Below, piece by piece: positions 10,794 to 20,900 of a stretch of 64,000 nt of DNA. The notes under the pieces are model-generated. The model saw only the letters and a list, made by a program, of their open reading frames with translations, did not search any database and was not told where the DNA came from. The stretch lies in the NCBI GenBank assembly GCA_937625935.1, contig OW569393.1, positions 186,001 through 250,000 of the forward strand. The letters run 5' to 3'. The position numbers were made by a program, and so were the translations under genes. Origin of the DNA: Tetramitus jugosus (Eukaryota > Protista > Heterolobosea). How positions within the stretch are numbered: position 1 is the stretch's first letter; every line of letters starts with the position of its first letter.

Positions 10794-12683
10794 ATGACGA
10801 AGTTGAATCTTTCTAGTATTCAAACAACGATTAGTAATGGAACTAACGATGGTAAACTTTCCCTGGAGGAGTACCTGTCTTCCATCCTGAGTAAGATGCT
10901 GACAAAGGAGGACAATGACCCTGTTTCACTCTTTGCTCAACTGTCGAATCAGATGTCCTATGGAGGAGGTGTTGATGACATGGTATCTTGCACGAAGAGG
11001 CCAGTGAATCCTTATCCTAATCTTGCCCCAAGAAGAAACAAATTCACAGGAATCAAACTTCCAAAGGAACAGGATTCGATCGATTGGACAAAGAAACTGT
11101 CGTATTTGATCAATCCCCCGCCACCAGAGAGAAAACCAAAGAAGATTAATGAGGATGGAGAGGAAGAAGAGGATGAAGAAGAGGAGAACCCAGAGGAAGA
11201 AGAGGAAGAGGAAGTCACTGTGCCATCAGGAGTTTATGACTTTTTGAGCGATGTCAAGCTGATGAATATTGCTGGTATTGGTTTGAGTGATGTTGAAACG
11301 CATTCATTGATGATAAGCATGTTTAGATTGAGAGAGAATGATTCCAAAACCAAGAAGTTGTTCTTGAGCATGAGATTCTGGGGTAAGATATTTGGATCGA
11401 ACAATAATTACTATATTATCGAGGTTGAAGAAGAACCTAGAGAAGAGGAGCAACCAGAGAAGGACGAAGAAGAGCAAGAAGATCCAGAGGAAGAACAGGA
11501 GGAAGAACAGGAGGAGATACTGAAAAACAAATCGATAGTGCCAGCAGAAACGAGAGTTGTTGACTCACCTGTTCATTCCGCAGGAGCAAATCGTTATGTA
11601 TACTATGTTGCAACCAAGTTGCCATCCATGATAACGGACTGGGTTAAATTGCCGGACGTAACCCCAGAATCAATTTTGCAAGCTAGGATGATCAAGAAGG
11701 CGTTTACAGGAAACTTGAAAGCTCCAATATCTTCTCATCCTCCCTTCAGAGGGGATGAAAGTGTGTACCTTCGAGCTCAAATTGCTAGGATATCTTCTTC
11801 AACCAAACTTGCTCCCAAGGATTACTATACATTCGAAGAGGAACAGGTAGAAGAGGAAGAAGAGGACGAGGAAGGAAATCCAATCAAGAAGACTGATCAC
11901 TTAATTAAACCCTATTCAGAAATTCCTGCTATCCGAAAGAACGAAGAATTCAACCCTCGAAAATGTGATATCGAGCAAATGAGTGAGTGGTTACATATCG
12001 AGCCTTATATTCTTCATTCTCAGGGAAGATGTTCACTATTCACACCCGAAGAAGAGGAGGAAGAACCTGAAGAAGAGGAGGAAGAAGAGGAAGAAGAAGG
12101 TTCGAAGAAGAAAGAAACACCCATCGAAAGAATACCGCCACTTTTGTCAAGTATCTCGCTCGATGATTATCAAACTCCACCAAGAGTAGGGTGTAAATCC
12201 TGGGTTCTGAAAACTCACTTGAACTCATTGCGAGATTATCATCCTCTAGCAAGTAGGCATGTATCTCTGAGATCTGTTCGATGGCCTGGAGCTTTCACTG
12301 TTGCTGAGAGAGTTCCAGAGAGTGGTGTGAAGTTCTGCAATGTTTACATCGGCAGTGGAGCTAAAGAATACAATGGAAAAGATTTCGAGACGTACACTCC
12401 TCCATTTGCTCATCCAGTGCAAGATGAATACAAGATAGATCCTCATGAATTGGAGCAGATTGATTCGTACGAAGCTCGATTCGTCCATGTCGACCAGAAG
12501 ACCAAGAAAGAGAACAACAAGAAGGAACAATTGTCCATCTTGCGGCTCAAGAAAAACACTGTGATTCTTGGTCGAGAATTCATCGACGTTACCTCACCTG
12601 AACAATTGGCCCAGTACGAAGAGCCTCCACCGCCTGTAGAAGAGGTTGATGATGGCAATCCCGATGAGGAAGAAGAGGAGTAA
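10794..12683 (+). CDS. RSPH4A: Flagellar radial spoke head protein (RSP4/6 family)
   Basis: RFWGKIFG..NYYIIE, GANRYVYYV, WVKLPDVTP, FTGNL, YLRAQIARIS, SLRSVRWPGA, NVYIG; acidic tracts. Confidence 0.9.
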   Translation: MTKLNLSSIQTTISNGTNDGKLSLEEYLSSILSKMLTKEDNDPVSLFAQLSNQMSYGGGVDDMVSCTKRPVNPYPNLAPRRNKFTGIKLPKEQDSIDWTKKLSYLINPPPPERKPKKINEDGEEEEDEEEENPEEEEEEEVTVPSGVYDFLSDVKLMNIAGIGLSDVETHSLMISMFRLRENDSKTKKLFLSMRFWGKIFGSNNNYYIIEVEEEPREEEQPEKDEEEQEDPEEEQEEEQEEILKNKSIVPAETRVVDSPVHSAGANRYVYYVATKLPSMITDWVKLPDVTPESILQARMIKKAFTGNLKAPISSHPPFRGDESVYLRAQIARISSSTKLAPKDYYTFEEEQVEEEEEDEEGNPIKKTDHLIKPYSEIPAIRKNEEFNPRKCDIEQMSEWLHIEPYILHSQGRCSLFTPEEEEEEPEEEEEEEEEEGSKKKETPIERIPPLLSSISLDDYQTPPRVGCKSWVLKTHLNSLRDYHPLASRHVSLRSVRWPGAFTVAERVPESGVKFCNVYIGSGAKEYNGKDFETYTPPFAHPVQDEYKIDPHELEQIDSYEARFVHVDQKTKKENNKKEQLSILRLKKNTVILGREFIDVTSPEQLAQYEEPPPPVEEVDDGNPDEEEEE

Positions 12684-12935
12684 TAAAAATTCATTGCTCC
12701 GCTCAGATCAAATTTGTATAACCCCGCTTATATCTCAGGCTTTTATCACACAGATCCAGAAATTGATTGAGCGCAAAAAGCTCTATCGTGCTCTTCTTTA
12801 TGAACGCTCCAAGAATTTTATTTGTGTCTTTTGTTTTTCTCGTCGTGTGAAAAACAAAGTCACACCAAGGTACCTGAGCGAGTGTTCACAACCCAAACCA
12901 ACAATAACAAGAAACTAACCCTAACTCAAGAAAAC

Positions 12936-14549
12936 ATGGCCCAAACAACACTTGATATTGACACTTCATTGGAACTCAAGACCAGAGTCATCTGTAAGCT
13001 TTATGATATTGGAGCAGTCAAGTTTGGAAAATTTGTGCTCAAGTCTGGTGTGGAATCTCCAGTGTACATTGACTTGCGTATCATTCCTTCGTTCCCAGAG
13101 CTTTTCCTTGATTTAATCTCCTTGTTGATTCACGTGGGTGAACAGAATCAATTGTTCACTGCGTTGAATCATGAAAATCAACAGCTCTTCTTGTGTGGTG
13201 TGCCATACAGTGCGCTCACCTTTGCTTCTGTCGTTGCCGCACAAAAGTCCCTTCCTAGTATCATTGTGCGAAAAGAACAAAAAACGTACGGCACAAAGAA
13301 TATGGTGGAGGGAAAATACGAGGTGAATGACCGCGTGCTCATTATTGAGGATGTCATGACCAGTGGCGCCTCTATTCTGGAAACTGTAGAGAAAATTGAA
13401 GCGGAGAAATTACAAGTCGAACATGCAATTGTATTCTTGAACAGACAACAGAGTGGTACTGGTTTACAATTTGATTTGCCCGCCACTTCGAATGGCGCCA
13501 AATTGAACAAGCCTCACTACCCAGTGACTGCTTGCGTCACACTGGATGAAGTTGTCTCCGTTTTGCTCACAGAACAAAAAATTGATGCTCAAACGGCTGA
13601 AACGATCAGGAACTACGTTTCACAGAACCAATTCCAGACTAGCCCTAGCTCTAGCTCTGCTTCAGAGACTACGAAGCAAGTAGAAACTCCAAAGGAACTT
13701 TCTTTTGAGGAGAGAGCAAAGCTTGCAAAGACCAATGCATTCAGCAAGCAATTGTTTGAGCTCATGGCTGAAAAGAAGACCAATTTGTGCCTGAGTGCTG
13801 ATGTGTCTGACCCTGTTCAACTCGTAAACATTATTGAACAGGTGGGAGATGAGATTTGCCTGTTGAAGACACACATGGACATTGTTCAATTGACTGGCAG
13901 TCCATTTACAAGCTATGAGCAATTGATTCAACGTATTGTTGAATTGAGTGAGAAGCATCGTTTCTTGATCTTTGAAGACAGAAAGTTTGCTGATATTGGT
14001 AACACTGTGCAACACCAATATGAACATGGTCCATTTTCTATCTGTAAGTGGGCTCATTTGACCAATACTCACTTGGTCAGTGGACTCTCCAGTGTTAAGG
14101 CCTTGCAACAATCTGCTCAAAAGTACATTGCTGCTCAAAAGGAGCTAAACTCTGCTACTGCGACCAGGGGTTGTTTAGTGATTGCTGAAATGAGCACTCA
14201 AGACTCCCTCTATAGCAAACCGGAATTCAAGCAATACTTTTTGAAGCTTTCGGAACAATCGGCAGAAGAATGTCCTGATTTTGTCAGTGGATTCATTTGT
14301 CAAGGCCGATTTATCAAAGAGACTGAGAAGAGTGCTCATTTACTGTTCTGTACTCCAGGTGTCAACATTGATTCATCTGCTGATGGTCTCGGGCAAGTGT
14401 ACAACTCCCCAGAGCATGTGGTGAGTGTACTCAAGAGTGATGTCATTATTGTGGGTCGAGGTATTTATCACAGCCAGAACCCTCAAAAATCAGCCCAAGA
14501 GTTCAGACAAAGAGCATGGTCTGCATACGAAAAGAGACTGCAACAATAA
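12936..14549 (+). CDS. UMPS: Bifunctional UMP synthase (OPRT-OMPDC)
   Basis: KFGKFVLKSG..SPVYIDLR, PRPP loop IIEDVMTSGAS, OMPDC LKTHMD, FEDRKFADIGNT, TPG, IIVGRGI. Confidence 0.95.
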   Translation: MAQTTLDIDTSLELKTRVICKLYDIGAVKFGKFVLKSGVESPVYIDLRIIPSFPELFLDLISLLIHVGEQNQLFTALNHENQQLFLCGVPYSALTFASVVAAQKSLPSIIVRKEQKTYGTKNMVEGKYEVNDRVLIIEDVMTSGASILETVEKIEAEKLQVEHAIVFLNRQQSGTGLQFDLPATSNGAKLNKPHYPVTACVTLDEVVSVLLTEQKIDAQTAETIRNYVSQNQFQTSPSSSSASETTKQVETPKELSFEERAKLAKTNAFSKQLFELMAEKKTNLCLSADVSDPVQLVNIIEQVGDEICLLKTHMDIVQLTGSPFTSYEQLIQRIVELSEKHRFLIFEDRKFADIGNTVQHQYEHGPFSICKWAHLTNTHLVSGLSSVKALQQSAQKYIAAQKELNSATATRGCLVIAEMSTQDSLYSKPEFKQYFLKLSEQSAEECPDFVSGFICQGRFIKETEKSAHLLFCTPGVNIDSSADGLGQVYNSPEHVVSVLKSDVIIVGRGIYHSQNPQKSAQEFRQRAWSAYEKRLQQ

Positions 14550-14563
14550 AAAAATTTATACTC

Positions 14564-14724
14564 TCAATCCTGGTTAGAGCTTGTGAAGAGGCGATGCATC
14601 ACCTCCACACATCTCCTCTTGGTGTTGTCCTCAAACCGTTTAACTTTCTGCTTGGCTACGTCCTTCTTGATTCCACTCTTCTTGAGTCCTTTGGCCACTT
14701 GCTTAGCAGCTTGGTTACCTGAAC
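14564..14724 (-). mobile_element. Oldest non-LTR retroelement fragment (ORF2 C-terminal end only)
   Basis: Diverged, colinear copy of 14896-15035 (KQVAKGLKKSGIKKDVA..NTKRRCVEVMHRLFTSS). No poly(A) or 3' UTR remains. Confidence 0.75.
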
Positions 14725-14741
14725 ACTTCTTGCTGCAATTT

Positions 14742-15734
14742 TTTTTTTTTTTTTTTGAATACAACCAGTTGGTTGCGCTTTTATTTCTTTGTTGACCTCT
14801 GTACTTACAGTACTTGTTTACTTCATGACGGCAGAATGCCGTCACTATTGTGTTATGTTGTTAATGCTCGCAGAGCATTAACAACCGTCAAGTTCTTTGG
14901 AGCTCGTGAAGAGGCGATGCATCACCTCAAGACATCTCCTCTTGGTGTTATGTACAAATAGTTTGGCTTTTCTCTCTGCTACATCCTTCTTCATTCCATT
15001 CTTCGTTAGTCCTCTCGTTACTTGCTTCGTAGCTCGTGTTTCTACTCCCAACAAGTAAGGAATACCAAGCATGTATTCCTTACTTGTTTTCCTCTCAATG
15101 TTCATCTTAAGTCTACCGTTGCGCCATTTCTGATTGTCGAACCAAAGATCCACGGAATTAGCTCTATGCATTCCTAACTTTCCTAGTTTCTCCGAAACTT
15201 CCTTGACTAGCAGACGCCTAGCTATCATAGCTACCGGACATATTATCAGACAGTGCAACACTGTCTCTTGTCTAAAGCCACACTTTGGGCATGACGTGTC
15301 CATGTTCTCCAACTGATAGAGTTGTTCTATGACACCTTTGGTATGCAATGTATGGCTCTTGATCTGTGCCACAAACCACTCCATCTTTCTGTCGATTCTG
15401 AACGGGCATTGCAAGAACGAAAAATCCGTTGAACCACCCAAGCACTTCTTCTGGATCCACCACACTCTCTCTTCTCCAACCCTATCTCTATGCTTCCGAA
15501 GAAAGATTTTCCACATTTGCTGCTTTTCTATGATCTCATAATTATCTTTGAACATCAGTTGCGGTGGAGTTGTGGAACCGCAGTTGACATGAGCGACATT
15601 ACAACGTAATAAATCGAGCACGGTGAGCATGTCTCGATACCTCGCAGGGCTGATACCGAAGTTGCCATGCTGTTTGATCAGCTGACTGTGCTTGAGCCAT
15701 TTTCCTCCTTTAATCAACTGCCACCTCTCATATA
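14742..15734 (-). mobile_element. 5'-truncated non-LTR (L1/Tx1-like) retrotransposon copy: ORF2 zf-RVT C-terminus, 3' UTR, poly(A)
   Basis: CPKCGFRQETVLHCLIICP zinc knuckle; stop at 14878; AATAAA (+ strand tttatt 14780-14785); T18 run 14739-14756; 17-bp TSD acttcttgctgcaattt at 14725-14741 and 17052-17068. Confidence 0.88.
14826..14885. other. Two perfect hairpins in the retroelement 3' UTR
   Basis: tgacggca-GAA-tgccgtca (14826-14844) and gttgttaatgctc-GCA-gagcattaacaac (14857-14885). Confidence 0.85.
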
Positions 15735-15763
15735 ACTTCTTTTTTTTTGTTCCATACAACCAA

Positions 15764-15834
15764 GTGTGCGCAAGCACACGATTGCTCATTTATTGACTTG
15801 TTTTGTGAGTGACGACCCGTAGGGCGTCGCTCAC
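15764..15834. other. Two hairpins in the ORF1-only element 3' UTR
   Basis: gtgtgc-GCAA-gcacac (15764-15779) and gtgagtgacg(a)ccc-GTA-gggcgtcgctcac (15805-15834). Confidence 0.8.
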
Positions 15835-15865
15835 TCTTCTTCTCTTGTTGTCCCCGACGGTGCAC

Positions 15866-17014
15866 CTACAGGTTGGAAGAATCACTCAGGTGAGTGTTTT
15901 GATTGATGCTCTTCATCAAAGAGCGTAACCTTGTAGTAGGACCGCCGATGGACACAGAGCCATCTGTTGTTGTTTTCTTGTCTTGGGCCTTGTTGCTCCT
16001 CAGATCACCCAGTGTGATCCTAGCACTCCTTTTCTTGTTGTCATTGAGTTGTGGACTTTGAATCTCCTTTTCGGAGTCGTCGTCCACATCCACAATGACT
16101 GGTTCGTCCTCAGTCAAACCATACCTTTTGCGTGCACTGGCTAGTGCCAATGCAGCAATTTCCTTCTTCGCTCTAGCAAACACTGGAGAAGTGGCATTCA
16201 CTCGCTCCAGGATTTGCTGATTTTCAGCGCTGAGCTGTGCAACAGGCACTGTTGGCAGTGGTGTTGCACTCCTTTGTTCTTCTGCCTCCATTAGACCAGG
16301 AGCAGTTCTTTGTGCAACTTCTTGTTCCGGTGTCGGAACCGGTTTGTTGCCCTCTTGGCCCTTTGTCTTTGCCAATTCCTTGGTGAGTTCTGTGACCTGT
16401 CGACGCAGTGCGTCAACCACCGTCAGCAGCTCCTCGTACATCTTTGTCAACCTCTTGTTGACGGCCTTGAGAGGATCATGTGGTCTCTCGACGTATCGAG
16501 TGACCGTGGCCTTTACCTTGTTCTCTCCACTGAGCACTGCTTGTGCAAAGGTTTCATCACCCATGACCACGAAAGCAGTGTCACGCTTCTTGAGCACACT
16601 GGCAACCTTTTCAGGTCCCAGTAGCTTCTTGATGTCGTCCACTGACATGTTCTTCATGCCATGAACGACCACCTTTCTTGTGCAATCAACACTGCGCTTG
16701 GGTGCAGCAGTGCTGTTGCCAATCCTCCTCTCTTTGTTGAACAACTCAACAAAGTCATAGATGCGGTCACCCTTGACCGTCACCCATGCAACAAAGCGTT
16801 GCTGGCCTCTCCTCTTGATGACCTGGACTCGGTTGAGCCAGTCACCAAACTCCTCTCCAATCTTTCTTGCCAAAGATGACTGAGAGACACCATTACCGTT
16901 GCCAGTAATGACGACCTCTCTGTCACTTGGCCTAGAGCCTTTCCGTGCAGTGGTCCACACTGCATAACGGCTGTTGCCGTATTCCTTCACCAAATTTGTT
17001 GAATCACCAGACAT
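15866..17014 (-). CDS. Retroelement ORF1-like protein: two RRM-like domains, coiled coil, disordered tail
   Basis: Intact 382 aa. RNP2/RNP1-like VVITG..RFVAWVTV and VVVHGM..RDTAFVVM; heptad segment LTKMYEELLTVVDALRRQVTELTKEL; visibly more GC-rich than host genes. Confidence 0.7.
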   Translation of the reverse strand: MSGDSTNLVKEYGNSRYAVWTTARKGSRPSDREVVITGNGNGVSQSSLARKIGEEFGDWLNRVQVIKRRGQQRFVAWVTVKGDRIYDFVELFNKERRIGNSTAAPKRSVDCTRKVVVHGMKNMSVDDIKKLLGPEKVASVLKKRDTAFVVMGDETFAQAVLSGENKVKATVTRYVERPHDPLKAVNKRLTKMYEELLTVVDALRRQVTELTKELAKTKGQEGNKPVPTPEQEVAQRTAPGLMEAEEQRSATPLPTVPVAQLSAENQQILERVNATSPVFARAKKEIAALALASARKRYGLTEDEPVIVDVDDDSEKEIQSPQLNDNKKRSARITLGDLRSNKAQDKKTTTDGSVSIGGPTTRLRSLMKSINQNTHLSDSSNL

Positions 17015-17095
17015 GTGATTCCGTTTTTTTCTGCGTTTTTTTTGTCATATAACTTCTTGCTGCAATTTAGAATAAATATGTCTGAATCAAGAAAT

Positions 17096-17158
17096 CTCAG
17101 TCGGTAGAGCGTTGGTCTAATAAGCCATTGGTCGCAGGTTCGATCCCTGCAACGACCA
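17096..17158 (+). tRNA. tRNA-Ile(AAT), missing its first ~10 nt (probable pseudogene)
   Basis: D arm ctc-agtcggta-gag, anticodon loop ctAATaa, T arm gcagg-ttcgatc-cctgc, 3' acceptor aacgacc-a, Pol III terminator T5 at 17161. The expected 5' ggtcgtt is replaced by atcaaga. Confidence 0.85.
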
Positions 17159-17258
17159 TATTTTTCTTCTTGGCGTGGAGGGGTTTCCAAGATAGAGGGC
17201 AGCACTCCAATAATGAAACTCGAGAATTTGGGACAAAACACAAACAATCTCCTCAACA

Positions 17259-17810
17259 ATGATGAAATACCCTTCTTTGTGCTACAGCATTCTCATTTTG
17301 CTCATTGCCCTCACTCTGCTCTCTCACCCCAGTGAAGCTTACACTGTCAAGTCGCAAGTTAAATTTCAAAGGTCCATGTTCAGTGGAATGTCGTCTTCAT
17401 ACACATGGAACGACTCTCAATTGACAAGTCTCAAGATTCAACTCTCTGGTGTGTCACAAGTCAACTACGGTTTCACAGTTGACAAGCAACAAGTCAAACA
17501 GGGCACAACTTCCGATACCCAAGTTACCCTGTTGGAATATTCCACATCGGGAAAACGGTCCTCAGTTGAACTGTCCTTGTCATGTTACTCCGCAACGTGC
17601 AGCGACCAAAAATTGGATATTCAGATTGACTACGTGTACGACAGATCGAATTGGGTCATTGTCATTCCAATTGTGATTGTTTTATTTGTCATTTTGTGTA
17701 TCGTTGGATGTGTGATTGGTGTTGTCTTCTTGTTGCGAAACAGGAGAGCCAAGTATGCCAATGAATCAGCAGGTTTGTTGGATGAGTCGTCCAACATGGG
17801 CACTCATTAA
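17259..17810 (+). CDS. Small type I membrane protein
   Basis: Signal peptide, beta-rich ectodomain, one TM, basic stop-transfer RNRR. Confidence 0.75.
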   Translation: MMKYPSLCYSILILLIALTLLSHPSEAYTVKSQVKFQRSMFSGMSSSYTWNDSQLTSLKIQLSGVSQVNYGFTVDKQQVKQGTTSDTQVTLLEYSTSGKRSSVELSLSCYSATCSDQKLDIQIDYVYDRSNWVIVIPIVIVLFVILCIVGCVIGVVFLLRNRRAKYANESAGLLDESSNMGTH

Positions 17811-17999
17811 ATACCACAGAAAATTTTTGTTAAGCAAGACTCGCGAGAGAGCTATGGCGTATTTCTCAAAATTGAGCTGATTCGCGTGACGGCATCAAAG
17901 GGCCCAGAATGTAAATCTTTTACGAATCTTGAGGGCTCGAACATCTTTTTGTGCTTCCAGGAGCGACCGGAAATATTTTGTCAAAACAAACCAGCCCAA

Positions 18000-20900
18000 A
18001 TGGATTGCCCACCCCGTAACAAGCACCACCAAAGACTTGGTGTTCTGTTCTCTTTCTTAGTGGTGTGCTTCTTGTTGTACATTAGTTGTTCTCTGCCCTT
18101 TGTGTCGGCAACCAACAACATTCCAGCCAATTGGATTGAAGGTTTGGGGCAAGGTGTCACATTCGCTGACATGGCAACAATACCAGTGACAAATGAGATT
18201 GCCATCGTAGGTACACTGGATCTAGCATTGACTGGTGGGTCTCCTCTCATGAACAATGTTCTAAACTTGCAAGAAGTGACTGGGAATCCAATTGTTGGTT
18301 TTATCGCGTTGATTAACAGCGAGGGGTTTCCTTCATGGACAAGACTGATTGTGGATTCTTCCCCAACCACAGTAACTTGGTTCGACAGCTTCCTTCGTGT
18401 GGTAGTATCACTTTCAAATAGTCAGAATGCTGCTGTGCGCAGTTTTTCGCAAACAGGAACGTTAGAATCATCAAGTAACATGTCTAACACCAAAGTGTAT
18501 GCAAGTTATGTTGATCAAAGCACAAACAGTTTGTACTTCACTGGTACAATAATAACAACTACGGCTTCAAGGTTTGTAGTGTTAAAATTCGGATCAGCGA
18601 TGACTGGTGTCTTGGCGTCCTCTTTTGGGTCAGGACATAATGTTGGAGTGCAAATGGTGGCTTACAATGGAATTTTTGGATTGAGTATCACTGTTGAAGA
18701 TACGGTTTCGTTGGGTGGTGTAACACTGAATGCGGCAAGCTACTATGTAGTTTTTGACTTGGCAGCAAACTCAGTTCTTGAATATCACCAGCATGCTATG
18801 CCATATCAGGTGACTGCCAAGCAGAACAAATTTTATTCTCTTGCCTTTGATGGAATTAGCTTGTATCAATATGAATCAGGTTATTCTCAAGTCAGGAATT
18901 TTAGTAGTACGTCATTGGGTGGTTCCTTGGAAATCTATGGAATTGATGGTGGATCATCTATGCTAGCCATAACGGGTCGAGTATCTGGCACTGTTACAAT
19001 ACTCGGAAACATTACCATATCATCAAGAGAGAACAGTATCCCGGATGGTTTTGCCTGCAAAGTTTTTTATCCTATTGGAGGTAATGTAACAGTTTGCGAA
19101 GTTTTTGGAAGTCAGGGACTATCTGACTTTGGTGCATTGGTCACTGTTGATTCAGGTGGAAACACAATTGTGGCTGCCCACAGGCTTCAACAACACATGG
19201 GGTGATATTACTCTTCCAAGAGGATATGGAAACTTGATTGTGAGTCTTGGAGCAGTGTCAAACACAAACATCATTCTCTCACAAAACATGGTAAATGACA
19301 CAGTGCTTGAAACAAACTATCGATATCTCATCCACCGACCGATCAGTGTCAACGAAGGTACAAATATCTTGGCTCGTCCTGGTGCTGTGGTGGTGTTCAG
19401 TGGAAATGGAACAATGCTCTTCAACATGAATTCGAATCTGGTCATGGAAGGAACTCTCCTCTCTCGGGTTCAAATACACAGCGTTGGGGATATTTATCAA
19501 CCAAGAATTACTTTTTCTGGATCATCCATTCACCTGATTAATGCGCTCGTATACGGCTCTAACATACTTTCGACTATAGGAACCAGTTTAGTGATAATTC
19601 TCGATTGTGTGTTCGAAGATGTGGGAGAGTTCACGATCCAAATTCTAGATCCATCAACCGTTAACTTCCATTCCAATAGGATTTCATCCTCCAGATCATC
19701 CTCTCTCAATCCAATCATTCATGTCGCTTCCTCATCATCCGTCGTGGCTTCCTTCATCAGTAATACCATTCAGCTCAATGGCACCCTATCAATTTTGAGA
19801 GTATTGTCGAATTATGGGTCGATCACAATATCGAACAATATTTTGGTAGGCAACAGTCTGGGTGTAAGAATCGATACACAATCTTCTCTAACAATTTATA
19901 CAAACAAATTCACCAGTTTCGAGGAACCATTGAGTATTAACACAGAGGGAACCTCATCGGTCTCTGTAATCAAGAGCAATGAATTTAAAGAATGCACAGG
20001 TCCAGTTACGGTGGTGAACAAAGTGAAGGAGGGATTGTTCTACATCCAAAACAACATTTTCAGTTACAATAATGCGAGTAGTATTCTTGAATTTGGGAGT
20101 GAGAACAATTGTTCTAGACCAATACTGATCAGCGATAACGTCTTCTCAGAAAATATAATCTCCAATCAAGTTGTTTCTCTCAAGTTTCCACAAGTGGGAT
20201 GTGAGCTATCTGATTTCAGAAGTAATAAGATAGTGAACAATACTCTGCTTCCTACATTTACTAGTCTTGTAAGTGTGTATGGGGACGTAAGCGTCCATCG
20301 AAATCATTTCCAATACGTTTCTGATGCACTTGTGAATAGGGGACCTACGATTCTGGATACGCAGTTTAATTATTGGGGAACAACAGATCCGGACGAAGTG
20401 AGACTTGCTTCTGGAAACCCGTCATCCACTCTGAGGAATATAATGTCACTGTATAGTCCCTATATCGATCAAAATGGAGTTGTGTTAGAAGTTGATTTCT
20501 TTAATGCAACTGAAAACAAGAACATTCTCGACTGCAAGAGTGTGTATGACATGTGGCCAGGTGTACCATCTGCAGTGTACCGAATCAATCCATATTGTCA
20601 GTCAAAATTAGTGCGTTGTAACATGTTTTCTCTACCAGCCATTGTGCTCCAGAGAAGAAAATTCTTCGATACCGATTTCAACGTTAATTGGACAACCTAT
20701 GAACAAGGTTTCGGTGATTTGGATGGAGACTTCTTCTTGGGGTTGCAGAATTTTTATTTAATGATGAAACTTGCTAGTGGGACCACGGTTTTGAATTATT
20801 GGAAATTTCTGTATGAACCACTGACCACCGTTGGTACGATGAGTATCGGACCACCCGAAACTGATTATGCCCTAACCATCAACGCCACTGGGCTAATTTA

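Larger units (their letters stand above)
15742..17044 (-). mobile_element. ORF1-only polyadenylated non-autonomous retroelement nested in the 5' junction of the previous copy
   Basis: 14-bp TSD tcatataacttctt at 15728-15741 and 17045-17058; T9 run 15740-15748; AATAAA (+ strand tttatt 15789-15794); 3' UTR resembles that of the middle copy. Confidence 0.85.

Noticed and set aside
12936-14549. UMPS fusion as a novelty
   Set aside because: OPRT-OMPDC is the standard eukaryotic order.
14564-15035. Diverged repeat pair plus GNA hairpins as a DGR template/variable region
   Set aside because: Differences involve all four bases and are largely synonymous or conservative, not adenine-specific. No RT is present, and nested TPRT insertions explain the pattern.
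14878-15789. 303-aa ORF as a genuine stand-alone zf-RVT gene with its own ATG
   Set aside because: Its first ~18 codons (MSNRVLAHTWLYGTKKKK) are the 3' UTR and poly(A) tail of the nested ORF1-only element; the open frame is an accidental fusion.
19170-19205. Programmed ribosomal frameshift in the receptor gene
   Set aside because: No slippery heptamer or downstream structure is evident. A similar 1-bp homopolymer shift occurs in Hsp20 (near 28228), pointing to sequencing indels.
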